DNA of 64,000 nucleotides from Spirochaetota bacterium. Lineage in GTDB: Bacteria > Spirochaetota > UBA4802 > UBA5550. A program made the position numbers and the translations under genes. Every line of letters starts with the position of its first letter. Position 1 is the first letter of the stretch. The stretch spans positions 896,001 to 960,000 of the forward strand of contig OY760686.1 in NCBI GenBank assembly GCA_963663865.1, in the 5' to 3' direction. This document shows, one piece after another, positions 56,060 to 64,000 of this stretch. The notes under the pieces were generated by a model that worked only from the letters and a program-made list of their open reading frames with translations, was not told the origin of the DNA and searched no databases.

Positions 56060-57407
56060 AGACCTGCGATGCCTCTTCGTAGTACTGGTTTTTATCGAGA
56101 TTGTCGAAGCGGGTGAACTGCTCCCAGAACTTGAGGCTGATATCGCCTACAGGGCCGCTTCGCTGCTTGGCTACGATAATTTCAGCGATGCCTTTTTTCT
56201 CGCTGTCCTTTTTAACCTTTTCCTCGCGGTAGATGAACATTACGACATCTGCGTCCTGTTCGATGGCGCCTGATTCCCTCAGGTCTGAAAGAGTTGGAAT
56301 CTGCGACGTTCTCTGCTCAACGGCACGCGACAGCTGAGAGAGGGCCAGCACCGGGACTGAAAGTTCGCGCGCGAGCATCTTAAGAAAACGGGATATCTCC
56401 GATATCTGCTGCTGGCGGTCGACCCTTGAGAGGCTCGTAATAAGCTGAAGGTAGTCAATTATTATAAGCCCGAGGGGCATTTTCTGTCTGAGGCGCCTTG
56501 CCTTTGCCCTGATCTCCATTATGCTGATTGAGGGAGTGTCGTCTATAAAGATCCTGGTTTTCTTAAGGAGTTCCGCTGCCTCATGGATTTTTTTCATTTC
56601 AGCGCCGTCAATATGTCCGGTTCTGACCCTCTGCGAGTCAACCATAGCCTGGATGCACAGAAGTCTCATTCCAAGCTGGTGAGCGGGCATCTCAAGCGAG
56701 AAGAACATTACAGCCTTTTCGGGCTCCTGCTGGGCAATGTTGTTCATCATGTTCAGGGCAATCGCGGTTTTCCCCATACCCGGTCTCGCGGCAAGGATGA
56801 GAAGCTCTGATTCGTGAAATCCGGTAAGAAGCTCATCAAGGTCTCTGAATCCGGTGGGGATTCCTGTCACTATCTTCTTCGTTTCATGCCACGACCGGAT
56901 ATTGCTGAGAGTTGTTTCCATGACCGAGTCGATATCCAAATAGTCGGATATTATCCGCTTTTCGGTAACCGAAAACACCTGTTGCTCTACCTCGTCAATC
57001 AGCTCGCTCGTATTGCGGGTGGTGTCGTAGCATTTTTCTATGGACTGGGTTGAAACATGGATGAGTCTGCGTCTGAGGCTGAGCTCACGGATACGTCTCG
57101 CGTAGTGTTCCGCGTTTGCCGATGTGGAGACGGACTGGTATATCTGTACCAGCGCCGGATCTCCGCCGATTTTATCGAGGCGGTTCTGGTCTGACAGGCT
57201 CTGTTTAAGCGTTGTTAAATCGACCGGTATGCTTCTTTTTTCAAGGTCTAATATCGATTCGAATATAACTCTGTTCTTCTCAAGGTAGAAATCCTCCGGC
57301 TGGAGGATTTCTGTTACCTTGTAGAGCGCCTCGCGGCTGAGAAGCGCGGAAGCTAAACATGCTGTCTCAGTGTCTGTGTCCTGAGGTGGAAGCCTGTCAA
57401 GTGTCAT
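56052..57407 (-). CDS. dnaB: replicative DNA helicase
   Basis: ARPGMGKT, FSLEM, IDYLQL, LSQLSR, DLRESGAIEQDAD, KQRSGP; no intein. Confidence 0.97.
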   Translation of the reverse strand: MTLDRLPPQDTDTETACLASALLSREALYKVTEILQPEDFYLEKNRVIFESILDLEKRSIPVDLTTLKQSLSDQNRLDKIGGDPALVQIYQSVSTSANAEHYARRIRELSLRRRLIHVSTQSIEKCYDTTRNTSELIDEVEQQVFSVTEKRIISDYLDIDSVMETTLSNIRSWHETKKIVTGIPTGFRDLDELLTGFHESELLILAARPGMGKTAIALNMMNNIAQQEPEKAVMFFSLEMPAHQLGMRLLCIQAMVDSQRVRTGHIDGAEMKKIHEAAELLKKTRIFIDDTPSISIMEIRAKARRLRQKMPLGLIIIDYLQLITSLSRVDRQQQISEISRFLKMLARELSVPVLALSQLSRAVEQRTSQIPTLSDLRESGAIEQDADVVMFIYREEKVKKDSEKKGIAEIIVAKQRSGPVGDISLKFWEQFTRFDNLDKNQYYEEASQVYE

Positions 57408-57410
57408 TAA

Positions 57411-57854
57411 CTATTCCTTGTCTACGATAACTTTCAGTTCAGCTGTAAGTCCTTCGTCAAGTTTAACAGGAACGGTAAACTCCCCGAGTTTCTTTATCGG
57501 GGTTTCAAGGTTTATCTTTCTCTTGTCAACCTCATGTCCGAGTTCCTGAAGCTTTTTGGCTATGTCCATTGATGTAACGGAACCGAAAAGCCTGTCATCC
57601 TCTCCGACCTGTACGGTGAATTTGAGTTCAAGCGCTGATAGGGCTTCGGAGATTTTCTCGCTTACCTTCTTGCGCTTTTCTTTTTTTATTCTTATGAGCT
57701 TTTTCTGATGCTCTAAACTCTTCTGGCTGTTGGCTGTTGCCGGTAAAACCAGGTTTTTCGGAAGCAAAAAGTTCCTGGCGTATCCTTCAGCAACTTCTTT
57801 AATGTCTCCCGCGTCTCCAAGATTGGGAATATCCTTTTGAAGAACAACTTTCAT
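57411..57854 (-). CDS. rplI: 50S ribosomal protein L9
   Basis: MKVVL..D...LG..GD...V..GYARNFLLP; LFGSVT. Confidence 0.97.
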   Translation of the reverse strand: MKVVLQKDIPNLGDAGDIKEVAEGYARNFLLPKNLVLPATANSQKSLEHQKKLIRIKKEKRKKVSEKISEALSALELKFTVQVGEDDRLFGSVTSMDIAKKLQELGHEVDKRKINLETPIKKLGEFTVPVKLDEGLTAELKVIVDKE

Positions 57855-57893
57855 GGCAGTCTCCTTTTTTTGATTTTTCGAAATTTGCAGCGC

Positions 57894-58766
57894 TTATTGC
57901 GGCTTCTCTGTTTTTGTCAGCTTTCTGAAATCGACCCACATATCGAGGACGCCCATTCCTGTCAGAAGAATGCCCGTAAGAACAGCAGCGGGTATTCCAA
58001 GAAAGACGATGAGAAACAGTACTCCCGGAATTATGATGACCGGAAGCCCCCTGCGGGACAGAAAAAACTTTATGACGCCGAGCGCCTGTATAAAGTAAAG
58101 CATTGACGTTATCAGCAGCGCGTTAAGCGATACCGTATGCAGCACCGGATGAGAAGGCCTCCCTGTAAAAATCAGGCCAGCCACCCCGCCGATGAGCAAA
58201 AAAACTGTATAGTCGTTAAGCCTGTACTTATCAAGGCCGGACTGTGATGTCCACTCCCCGAACCTTGACAGAAAGGCCTTTGTAGCAAAAAAAGTCAGCA
58301 GAGAAAAGAAAAGCGAATAGAGAAAGGAGCTGAAGGGGACAAGGTACTTTGCCGCTTCAATCCATTCTGCAAGCATCTGCCCGCTGTTCTCAGTCTGACT
58401 CTCAGGTAAATTCCAGCTCTCTGTAATCCTTGCGAGGTCGTTGCCTGAAAGATCAAGCATATCGACCCCTCTTACGGCTTTCATGTAATAGTACTGGCCG
58501 CTGTTTAGAAAAGTAACTGCGAGAGCGGCGGCCAGTATAAAAAACTGGAACGATTTACTGTGCCTGTGGGAGAATCCCGCAAATGAACCTAAAAAAACAG
58601 GCACAAAAAAAACGAAAAGATCTCCTGCTAAATACCCGGCAAACAGCGACAAAAGCGCGGCCGGCACAAGCGCAAACAGGGATCTGAGTTTCCATCTGTA
58701 GGAAACAACTGATGATCCCAGCACCAGCACCAGAACTATTGCCGGTATCAGTACGGCTGAGATCAC
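57894..58766 (-). CDS. DUF2232 / YybS family membrane protein
   Basis: Multi-TM; G..D.W.DFRK C-terminus; typical position between rpsR and rplI. Confidence 0.82.
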   Translation of the reverse strand: MISAVLIPAIVLVLVLGSSVVSYRWKLRSLFALVPAALLSLFAGYLAGDLFVFFVPVFLGSFAGFSHRHSKSFQFFILAAALAVTFLNSGQYYYMKAVRGVDMLDLSGNDLARITESWNLPESQTENSGQMLAEWIEAAKYLVPFSSFLYSLFFSLLTFFATKAFLSRFGEWTSQSGLDKYRLNDYTVFLLIGGVAGLIFTGRPSHPVLHTVSLNALLITSMLYFIQALGVIKFFLSRRGLPVIIIPGVLFLIVFLGIPAAVLTGILLTGMGVLDMWVDFRKLTKTEKPQ

Positions 58767-58769
58767 AGA

Positions 58770-59150
58770 TTACTTCTCAATAAAAGGAAGCAGGGCAATT
58801 ATTCTCGCCCTTTTTATCTCACGGGCAACATCTCTCTGATGTTTTGCGCATGTTCCGGTTACACGTCTCGGCAGTATCTTGCCCCTGTCTGTGATAAAGT
58901 TTTCAAGCAGGCTGACGTTCTTGTAATCAGCTGTGAGCTTGGCATCTTCGCAGAACCTGCACACCTTTCTTCTGAACCTGGGGTTTCTCTGCTGGGAGTC
59001 CCTGTTGTCTCTGGAAGGCCTTGTAGGGGCCGATTCCCTTTTTTCGGGCTTTTCAACAGTTTCTGAAGCGCTTTCTCCTGCGGTCTCAGTTGTTTCAACC
59101 GCTTCGGGGGCTACTTCAGTTTCATTTATATCTTTAACTTCTTCAGACAT
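58770..59150 (-). CDS. rpsR: 30S ribosomal protein S18 (Zn-ligand form) with an acidic N-terminal extension
   Basis: [39 protein letters not shown]. Confidence 0.96.
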   Translation of the reverse strand: MSEEVKDINETEVAPEAVETTETAGESASETVEKPEKRESAPTRPSRDNRDSQQRNPRFRRKVCRFCEDAKLTADYKNVSLLENFITDRGKILPRRVTGTCAKHQRDVAREIKRARIIALLPFIEK

Positions 59151-59175
59151 TTCTTTTACCTCTTACCTCTAAATA

Positions 59176-59619
59176 TTAAAATGGAATATCATCATCCGAA
59201 AACGGATTGTTGTCTATTTCGGGAGGAGCCTGCATTGAATGGTCATTAGCAGGAATGTCAATCTGAATGTCGCCCGAGGATGATTCCCTTGGCGAAAGAA
59301 ATTGAATGTTCTCAGTCACGATTTCGACAACAGATCGTTTGCCTCCGCCGTTGGGGTCATCCCATGACCTCTGCTGCAGTCTGCCTTCAACGCAGAGACG
59401 GTTGCCCTTTTTACTGAACTGCACTATGAGCTCCCCGAGTTTTCCCCAGGCGACACAGTTGAAAAAACTGGCCTGTTCTTTCTTCTCGTTGTTGACCGTG
59501 TAAGTACGGTTGGTCGCTATCGAAAAGTTAGCAACGGCGGCTCCGTTTGGAGTGTACCGCAATTCCGGATCTCTGACGAGTCTTCCGATTAAGATAACTC
59601 TGTTAAGGTCGCTGGCCAT
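59176..59619 (-). CDS. ssb: single-stranded DNA-binding protein
   Basis: NRVILIGRL.RDPELRYT, VEGRL, C-terminal DDIPF. Confidence 0.97.
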   Translation of the reverse strand: MASDLNRVILIGRLVRDPELRYTPNGAAVANFSIATNRTYTVNNEKKEQASFFNCVAWGKLGELIVQFSKKGNRLCVEGRLQQRSWDDPNGGGKRSVVEIVTENIQFLSPRESSSGDIQIDIPANDHSMQAPPEIDNNPFSDDDIPF

Positions 59620-59634
59620 GGCATTTCTCCCTTT

Positions 59635-59919
59635 TTAGGCGGTTGCCGGTCTGGTTTTAACGAACATGTATCTAAGGATGTCCGGTATCAGCCTGAACTC
59701 GGCAATGATCTTATCTACATTTTCTGGTAAAGCTTCGATGAGAGCAAAGAAGTAATATCCTTCCTTTTCATCATCGATTTCATAGGCGAGGCGTTTTGTC
59801 CCCCATGGGGCCTCTTCTGAAATGGTGACTTCGAATTTGGTGAGAATCTCTTTAACCTTTTCTTTCAGAGACTCAGAATTCGCAGTCCGTAGAATAACGG
59901 TGAGTTCGTAATTATTCAC
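59635..59919 (-). CDS. rpsF: 30S ribosomal protein S6
   Basis: YEL..I, WG.KRLAYEI, EGYY, ILRYM; GTG start with AGGAGG. Confidence 0.95.
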   Translation of the reverse strand: MNNYELTVILRTANSESLKEKVKEILTKFEVTISEEAPWGTKRLAYEIDDEKEGYYFFALIEALPENVDKIIAEFRLIPDILRYMFVKTRPATA

Positions 59920-59973
59920 GATGTCCTCCTTTCTATGGAATTTACTGCTGCCTGTGATAAGACAGCAGAAAGG
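59920..59973 (-). promoter_or_regulatory. S6:S18 ribosomal protein leader (autoregulatory RNA)
   Basis: CCUUUCU pairs with AGAAAGG overlapping the SD; inner hairpin GCUGUCU/AGGCAGC; unpaired CCA (CCR) before the 3' strand. Confidence 0.7.
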
Positions 59974-60151
59974 TATGTCAATACTTCAGTATGGCGCTGT
60001 TTTTTCAACAATATTTCTTAGTGCTGTTCATTTAAATCCGGTCAGACAGGTGAAAAGCGGTTTGACAAACCCTTGACGATTGAAGATTATCACCTTCAGC
60101 GGTGTCGAAGGGTTTCTTTTGTGCCGTGTTTAAATAACAACGGAGATATAT

Positions 60152-61810
60152 ATGAAAAAAAGAATAGCAGGTGTGATAATGGCAGCTGTTTTCACGCTGA
60201 CAGGTGTAAACCTTTACGCGGATGTTCTCGACGAGCTTCGTTATCTGCCTGAAGCTCCCGACTACATGATCTATCTTGATGCGCAGAGCTTCATCAGATA
60301 CTTTGAGAAAAATGGAATAGCCGCCGGGGATTTACACTATTTATTTGGTGAGAAGGAGGCGGAAAAGTCTGAAAAGCTTTCTGCCGAGTATGGTCTCAGG
60401 GTTGAGGACTTTGAAAATTCCCTTTTAGCCGGCTCAATAAATGGTGATACGGGCAGTTATTTCATGATAGCTCTGGTTTCCCTGAAGCAGGGCCGGTTTT
60501 CGTTTCCGGAAAATTTCGAAGGCAGGAAGATCGAGAGCGAATACGGTACTATATATAAGGTAGATGATGAAAAGGACATTTGTCTTTCGTATTCTGCCGG
60601 AATTATAGCCGGGGGCACCAGAGAGAGTGTTGAAAGATACCTCAAGGCCAGGGCTTCGGGAAAAGCGGAGTGGGCCAGCGGGCTGGGCAGCAGGGCTCTC
60701 AGAGCTTCTAAGTCGGCGATGTACGGATTTATCGGTGTAAACGATTTCATGAAATCAAAAATGGATATGGGGCTTGCCCTTCTATCAACTAAGTTGAAAA
60801 ATATTGAAAAAAATGTTTTTATAAAAGCCCTGTTTGAGGCCAGGTCGCTTGAGTTTGGCGTTGATATTGAGGGTGTTGGAACATCGGAGATTATTATCGC
60901 GGCACGCAGTGAGGCTGAAGCTGACAGGCTTGTTATGCTGAGCAGTACAGTAATTGTAGCTTCAAGCTTTGCTGTACTGTTCGTGGACAAGTTTGCGAGC
61001 GGTTATTCGGGCAAAGGTAAAGAGCTGCTTGACCAGCAGTATTTCGAGAATGTTCAGGAAAGCTTCGGAAGAATATCCGTATCAAGACGGGAGAACAATG
61101 CGGTTATCAGGGCGGAAGGAAGCCTTGAGGCGCAGGAGAAGATGCTTGCTGCTTTAAAAACCAGAATTGAGGAAGAGAAGAACAAGCGCAAAACCAGGCT
61201 GGAGCAGGAGGCGGCAGAGAAGGTTATAAGCGCAGTTAGATCGGCATCAGAAAAGGAGGCTCTGGCAGCTCTGGAAGGGTTGAAGAACATCAATGCTGCT
61301 GACGACAAAGGGAACACTGCTCTTATTGCCGCTGTTGAGTCGGGAAGGATGAAGCTTGTTCAGCAGATAATCAGCAAAAAAGCGGACGTCAATGCTCTGA
61401 ACGAGTCAGAGCGGGACGCCCTGAGCTACGCGGTTGAAATGATGAAAACAGACATCTGCAGGACGCTTATCGACAAGGGGGCGCGTGTTGACAGAGTTTA
61501 CAGCGACGGGTCGGGCCTCATTCACATGAGCGCGGCCGGCGGGAACAGCGAGATTGTTGAAATGGTGGCGTCCAGGCTCACCAGTATTGATGTCAGAAAC
61601 GCCAGCGGTGAAACCGCGCTTCATGTCGCCTCAGCTGCAGGCCATGCTTCCGCAGTCAGGGCGCTTTTAAAGCACGGGGCCGGCCATGAGGCTAAGGACG
61701 ATAATGGCCTCAGGCCGATCGACAGGGCTCAGGCTTCCGGGCATAAGGAAGTTGTTGAGATATTCAGTAAGCGTTTCAAACAGAAACCTGTTGATATCAC
61801 CAAAAAATAA
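60152..61810 (+). CDS. exported protein with C-terminal ankyrin repeats
   Basis: Signal peptide (LYA-D); GNTALIAA, GETALHVA and GLRPIDRA ankyrin repeats after a coiled coil. Confidence 0.85.
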   Translation: MKKRIAGVIMAAVFTLTGVNLYADVLDELRYLPEAPDYMIYLDAQSFIRYFEKNGIAAGDLHYLFGEKEAEKSEKLSAEYGLRVEDFENSLLAGSINGDTGSYFMIALVSLKQGRFSFPENFEGRKIESEYGTIYKVDDEKDICLSYSAGIIAGGTRESVERYLKARASGKAEWASGLGSRALRASKSAMYGFIGVNDFMKSKMDMGLALLSTKLKNIEKNVFIKALFEARSLEFGVDIEGVGTSEIIIAARSEAEADRLVMLSSTVIVASSFAVLFVDKFASGYSGKGKELLDQQYFENVQESFGRISVSRRENNAVIRAEGSLEAQEKMLAALKTRIEEEKNKRKTRLEQEAAEKVISAVRSASEKEALAALEGLKNINAADDKGNTALIAAVESGRMKLVQQIISKKADVNALNESERDALSYAVEMMKTDICRTLIDKGARVDRVYSDGSGLIHMSAAGGNSEIVEMVASRLTSIDVRNASGETALHVASAAGHASAVRALLKHGAGHEAKDDNGLRPIDRAQASGHKEVVEIFSKRFKQKPVDITKK

Positions 61811-61833
61811 ATCCGGATGAGGGGCTTGCGAAA

Positions 61834-62625
61834 ATGTCGATTTCACAGCAGGAAGTTACAAAGCTGATAACGAAGATCAGGGAAAAGTACAGCGAGTATT
61901 CCTCGCAGAATTCGGGATGGTTCAATCCAGAACCATTCGAGGACAGGCTCCGAATGGCAGTCAGCAACAGGATGAACATGGAAGGCTTCATCCTGGCGGA
62001 GATTGCCAATTTTGAAAAGCTTCGTGAATCATACGAAAAGAAAAAAAAGGGGAACGGTTTCTCAAAGCAGATTCAGAATATAATCGAAGAGAATACCGCC
62101 CGAATAAGAAAATATCCTCAAATTGATTTTCATCCGCGAGCCGGCTTTGAGATAAGCCATTTCTACGGAGCGATGGCCGAGTTTAGTCTGGGCTGTTTTC
62201 CTGTTTTTCGCATCCTTAAAATCAAAGCCCAGTTGAGAGACAGGGCTATTGAGATTGAGAGACAGCTCGAATTCCTCGCGGGAGAAAGGGGATCACGGCC
62301 CTCGCGAAGGATAGAAGATCATGTGATGATTCTGTCAAGAAAGGGCGTCCCTGAGCTCGATATTGAGAGGGATGCCTCTGCCTACTTAAGAGAATGCGCC
62401 TTTGTCCTTCATGATGCAGCTGATCTTGCTGAAGCGCTTATTGAGGAGAGGAGCGATGAATGGGAGTCGCCTCTGAACTTTTCCGGCCTGTATCTCGAAG
62501 ATAGCAGAAAAAAGAAGCTGATGGGGAATTACAGCGGAATGACCGGATACGGAGCCCTCATGTTCATTCGTGACAGAGCTTGTGAAATTATTGAGGACTT
62601 CAGGCTCGGAGCTTTCAGGAAGTAG
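61834..62625 (+). CDS. hypothetical protein
   Basis: 263-aa helical ORF with GAGG SD; co-directional with the ankyrin gene. Confidence 0.75.
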   Translation: MSISQQEVTKLITKIREKYSEYSSQNSGWFNPEPFEDRLRMAVSNRMNMEGFILAEIANFEKLRESYEKKKKGNGFSKQIQNIIEENTARIRKYPQIDFHPRAGFEISHFYGAMAEFSLGCFPVFRILKIKAQLRDRAIEIERQLEFLAGERGSRPSRRIEDHVMILSRKGVPELDIERDASAYLRECAFVLHDAADLAEALIEERSDEWESPLNFSGLYLEDSRKKKLMGNYSGMTGYGALMFIRDRACEIIEDFRLGAFRK

Positions 62626-64000
62626 TCTTCTTAATGCAGATTACAGTAATGTCGTCATCCTGGTCAGAGTATTCCGTAAATTCGTAGAGCGAGCCTATCA
62701 CGGAATGGATGATGTCTCTTGACGCGTATGAGGCATTTTCCTGCAGGTTGTCCTTCAGGCGCGTTTCACCGTACATCAGGTCCGCGTTTTTCGGGCCGGG
62801 TGTAGCAGAGGCTGCCTCGGTGACTCCGTCGGTGTAAAGCAGAAGCACATCGTCTTCTTCCATGGTGAATTCATAGTTTCCGTATTGACAGTCCGGAAAC
62901 AGGCCGATCAGGGAACCGTTGCTCCCGATGAGTTCACATTTGCCGGTTTTTGCCCTGTAGAGAAGAGCCGGGGGATGGCCTGCGTTTGAAAGGGTTATTT
63001 TTCCTGATTCCATATCGATTCTGCAGATGATGGCTGTGGCGAAGTAGTACAGGCCCTTCAAATCAGATACAATTGACTCATTTATAAACCTTGCCAACAT
63101 TCCCGGCGGCATCATGGCGGAGGCTGCTGTCTTAACGAGAGAGCGTATCTGGTTTCCTATGAATGATGATGCTATGCCGTGGCCTGACACGTCGCAAAGG
63201 ATAATCTGATAGTTGTTTTTATCAAGGTAGAAGGCGTCGAAGAAGTCGCCGGAAATGTCCTGAGCGGGCAGGTATGAAGAGGCAATATCGTATCCATCAA
63301 GCGAGTGAAAATCGGGGAGCAGTGAGACCTGGATTTTCCTGACCTTGGATACCTCGCTCTTATATCCGTTGTTTATCTTCTCAATAGTCCGTTCAATGCT
63401 GAATCTATTGTGGATAATGCTGTAGAAGTTCGCGAACAGATTGATGATTTTCATGTCATCTTCGTTGAACGTATCATCGTTTTCAAAAAGAACATATCCG
63501 TAAAGCGTGTCAGCCGACACAAGCGGCAGAAGGACCATGTATATATCAATGCCTTTTGTGTTCATTTTCATTTTGACCGGGCGGGGATTTGGCACAAGAC
63601 AGTTGGATATTCGGCCGTATATATCACTGAAGCGCTTGAAAGGCGTGTCCGGTCTGATGGTTTTTGAATAGAGTGTGTTGAAAGTCCCGCCTGAGAACTG
63701 AACAGTCTCAATGTAACCGGCCGTGATTATGCTCTCAAGCATTGAGGCTGACTTGAGAGAATCCTCAATATTCCGAATGGAAATATTCTCTTTTACAATA
63801 TCGTGAAATGTGCTTAGCTTTCTGTTGAGAGAAAGAACCGAGTAGTACGATGACCTGATTTTTGCCCGGTGGCTTATTATTCTGCTGAATATCTGGACTT
63901 TTGATTTGAGCTCAAGCGGGATAACCGGTTTGCGGATAAAGTCGTCTGCACCAGCACTGTATCCCTTTTCTATGGTGCCCTTGTCATCTGATGATGTAAG
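62615..64000 (-). CDS. receiver plus SpoIIE/PP2C phosphatase (RsbU-like); 5' end lies beyond the window
   Basis: Frame open to base 64000 (LTSSDDK..GADDFIRKP receiver C-half); GAF-like middle; SGDFFD, DVSGHG, NAGHPP, YTDG, DDIT. Confidence 0.9.
   Translation of the reverse strand, partial: LTSSDDKGTIEKGYSAGADDFIRKPVIPLELKSKVQIFSRIISHRAKIRSSYYSVLSLNRKLSTFHDIVKENISIRNIEDSLKSASMLESIITAGYIETVQFSGGTFNTLYSKTIRPDTPFKRFSDIYGRISNCLVPNPRPVKMKMNTKGIDIYMVLLPLVSADTLYGYVLFENDDTFNEDDMKIINLFANFYSIIHNRFSIERTIEKINNGYKSEVSKVRKIQVSLLPDFHSLDGYDIASSYLPAQDISGDFFDAFYLDKNNYQIILCDVSGHGIASSFIGNQIRSLVKTAASAMMPPGMLARFINESIVSDLKGLYYFATAIICRIDMESGKITLSNAGHPPALLYRAKTGKCELIGSNGSLIGLFPDCQYGNYEFTMEEDDVLLLYTDGVTEAASATPGPKNADLMYGETRLKDNLQENASYASRDIIHSVIGSLYEFTEYSDQDDDITVICIKKTTS

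Noticed and set aside
56052-57407. Intein in DnaB
   Set aside because: Normal 451-aa length with contiguous motifs

Overview
A 64 kb, gene-dense chromosomal segment of a spirochaete. The tandem flaA pair followed by a giant GreA, the FecR/LipL45-type lipoprotein, the 7TM-DISM/PP2C sensors and the eukaryote-type IMPDH fit a Leptospira-related lineage best (inference from gene content). Most genes are housekeeping: rpsF-ssb-rpsR-DUF2232-rplI-dnaB, tmk, sua5, tadA, guaB, ttcA, metF, gatC, amtB-glnK and two tRNA-Leu genes. I saw no CRISPR array, rRNA, integrase or transposase. Best candidate for an undescribed system: two adjacent class III nucleotide-cyclase homologues (30613-32549) whose catalytic motifs are complementary. 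One keeps both metal-binding Asp but lacks Asn/Arg; the other lacks the Asp but keeps the Asn and carries a degenerate receiver domain. This suggests an obligate heterodimeric cyclase of non-canonical specificity, encoded divergently from an orphan MNT. Other highlights: a candidate ECF-sigma-driven anti-Shine-Dalgarno sRNA and an unannotated 57-aa four-Cys protein in the sua5-tadA gap; apparent pseudoenzymes (ADP-ribosylglycohydrolase, signal peptidase I, hybrid kinase); a zinc-finger-less ClpX variant; and a hydrolase with a histone-H1-like tail. All family calls come from reading motifs by eye; no database searches were run.
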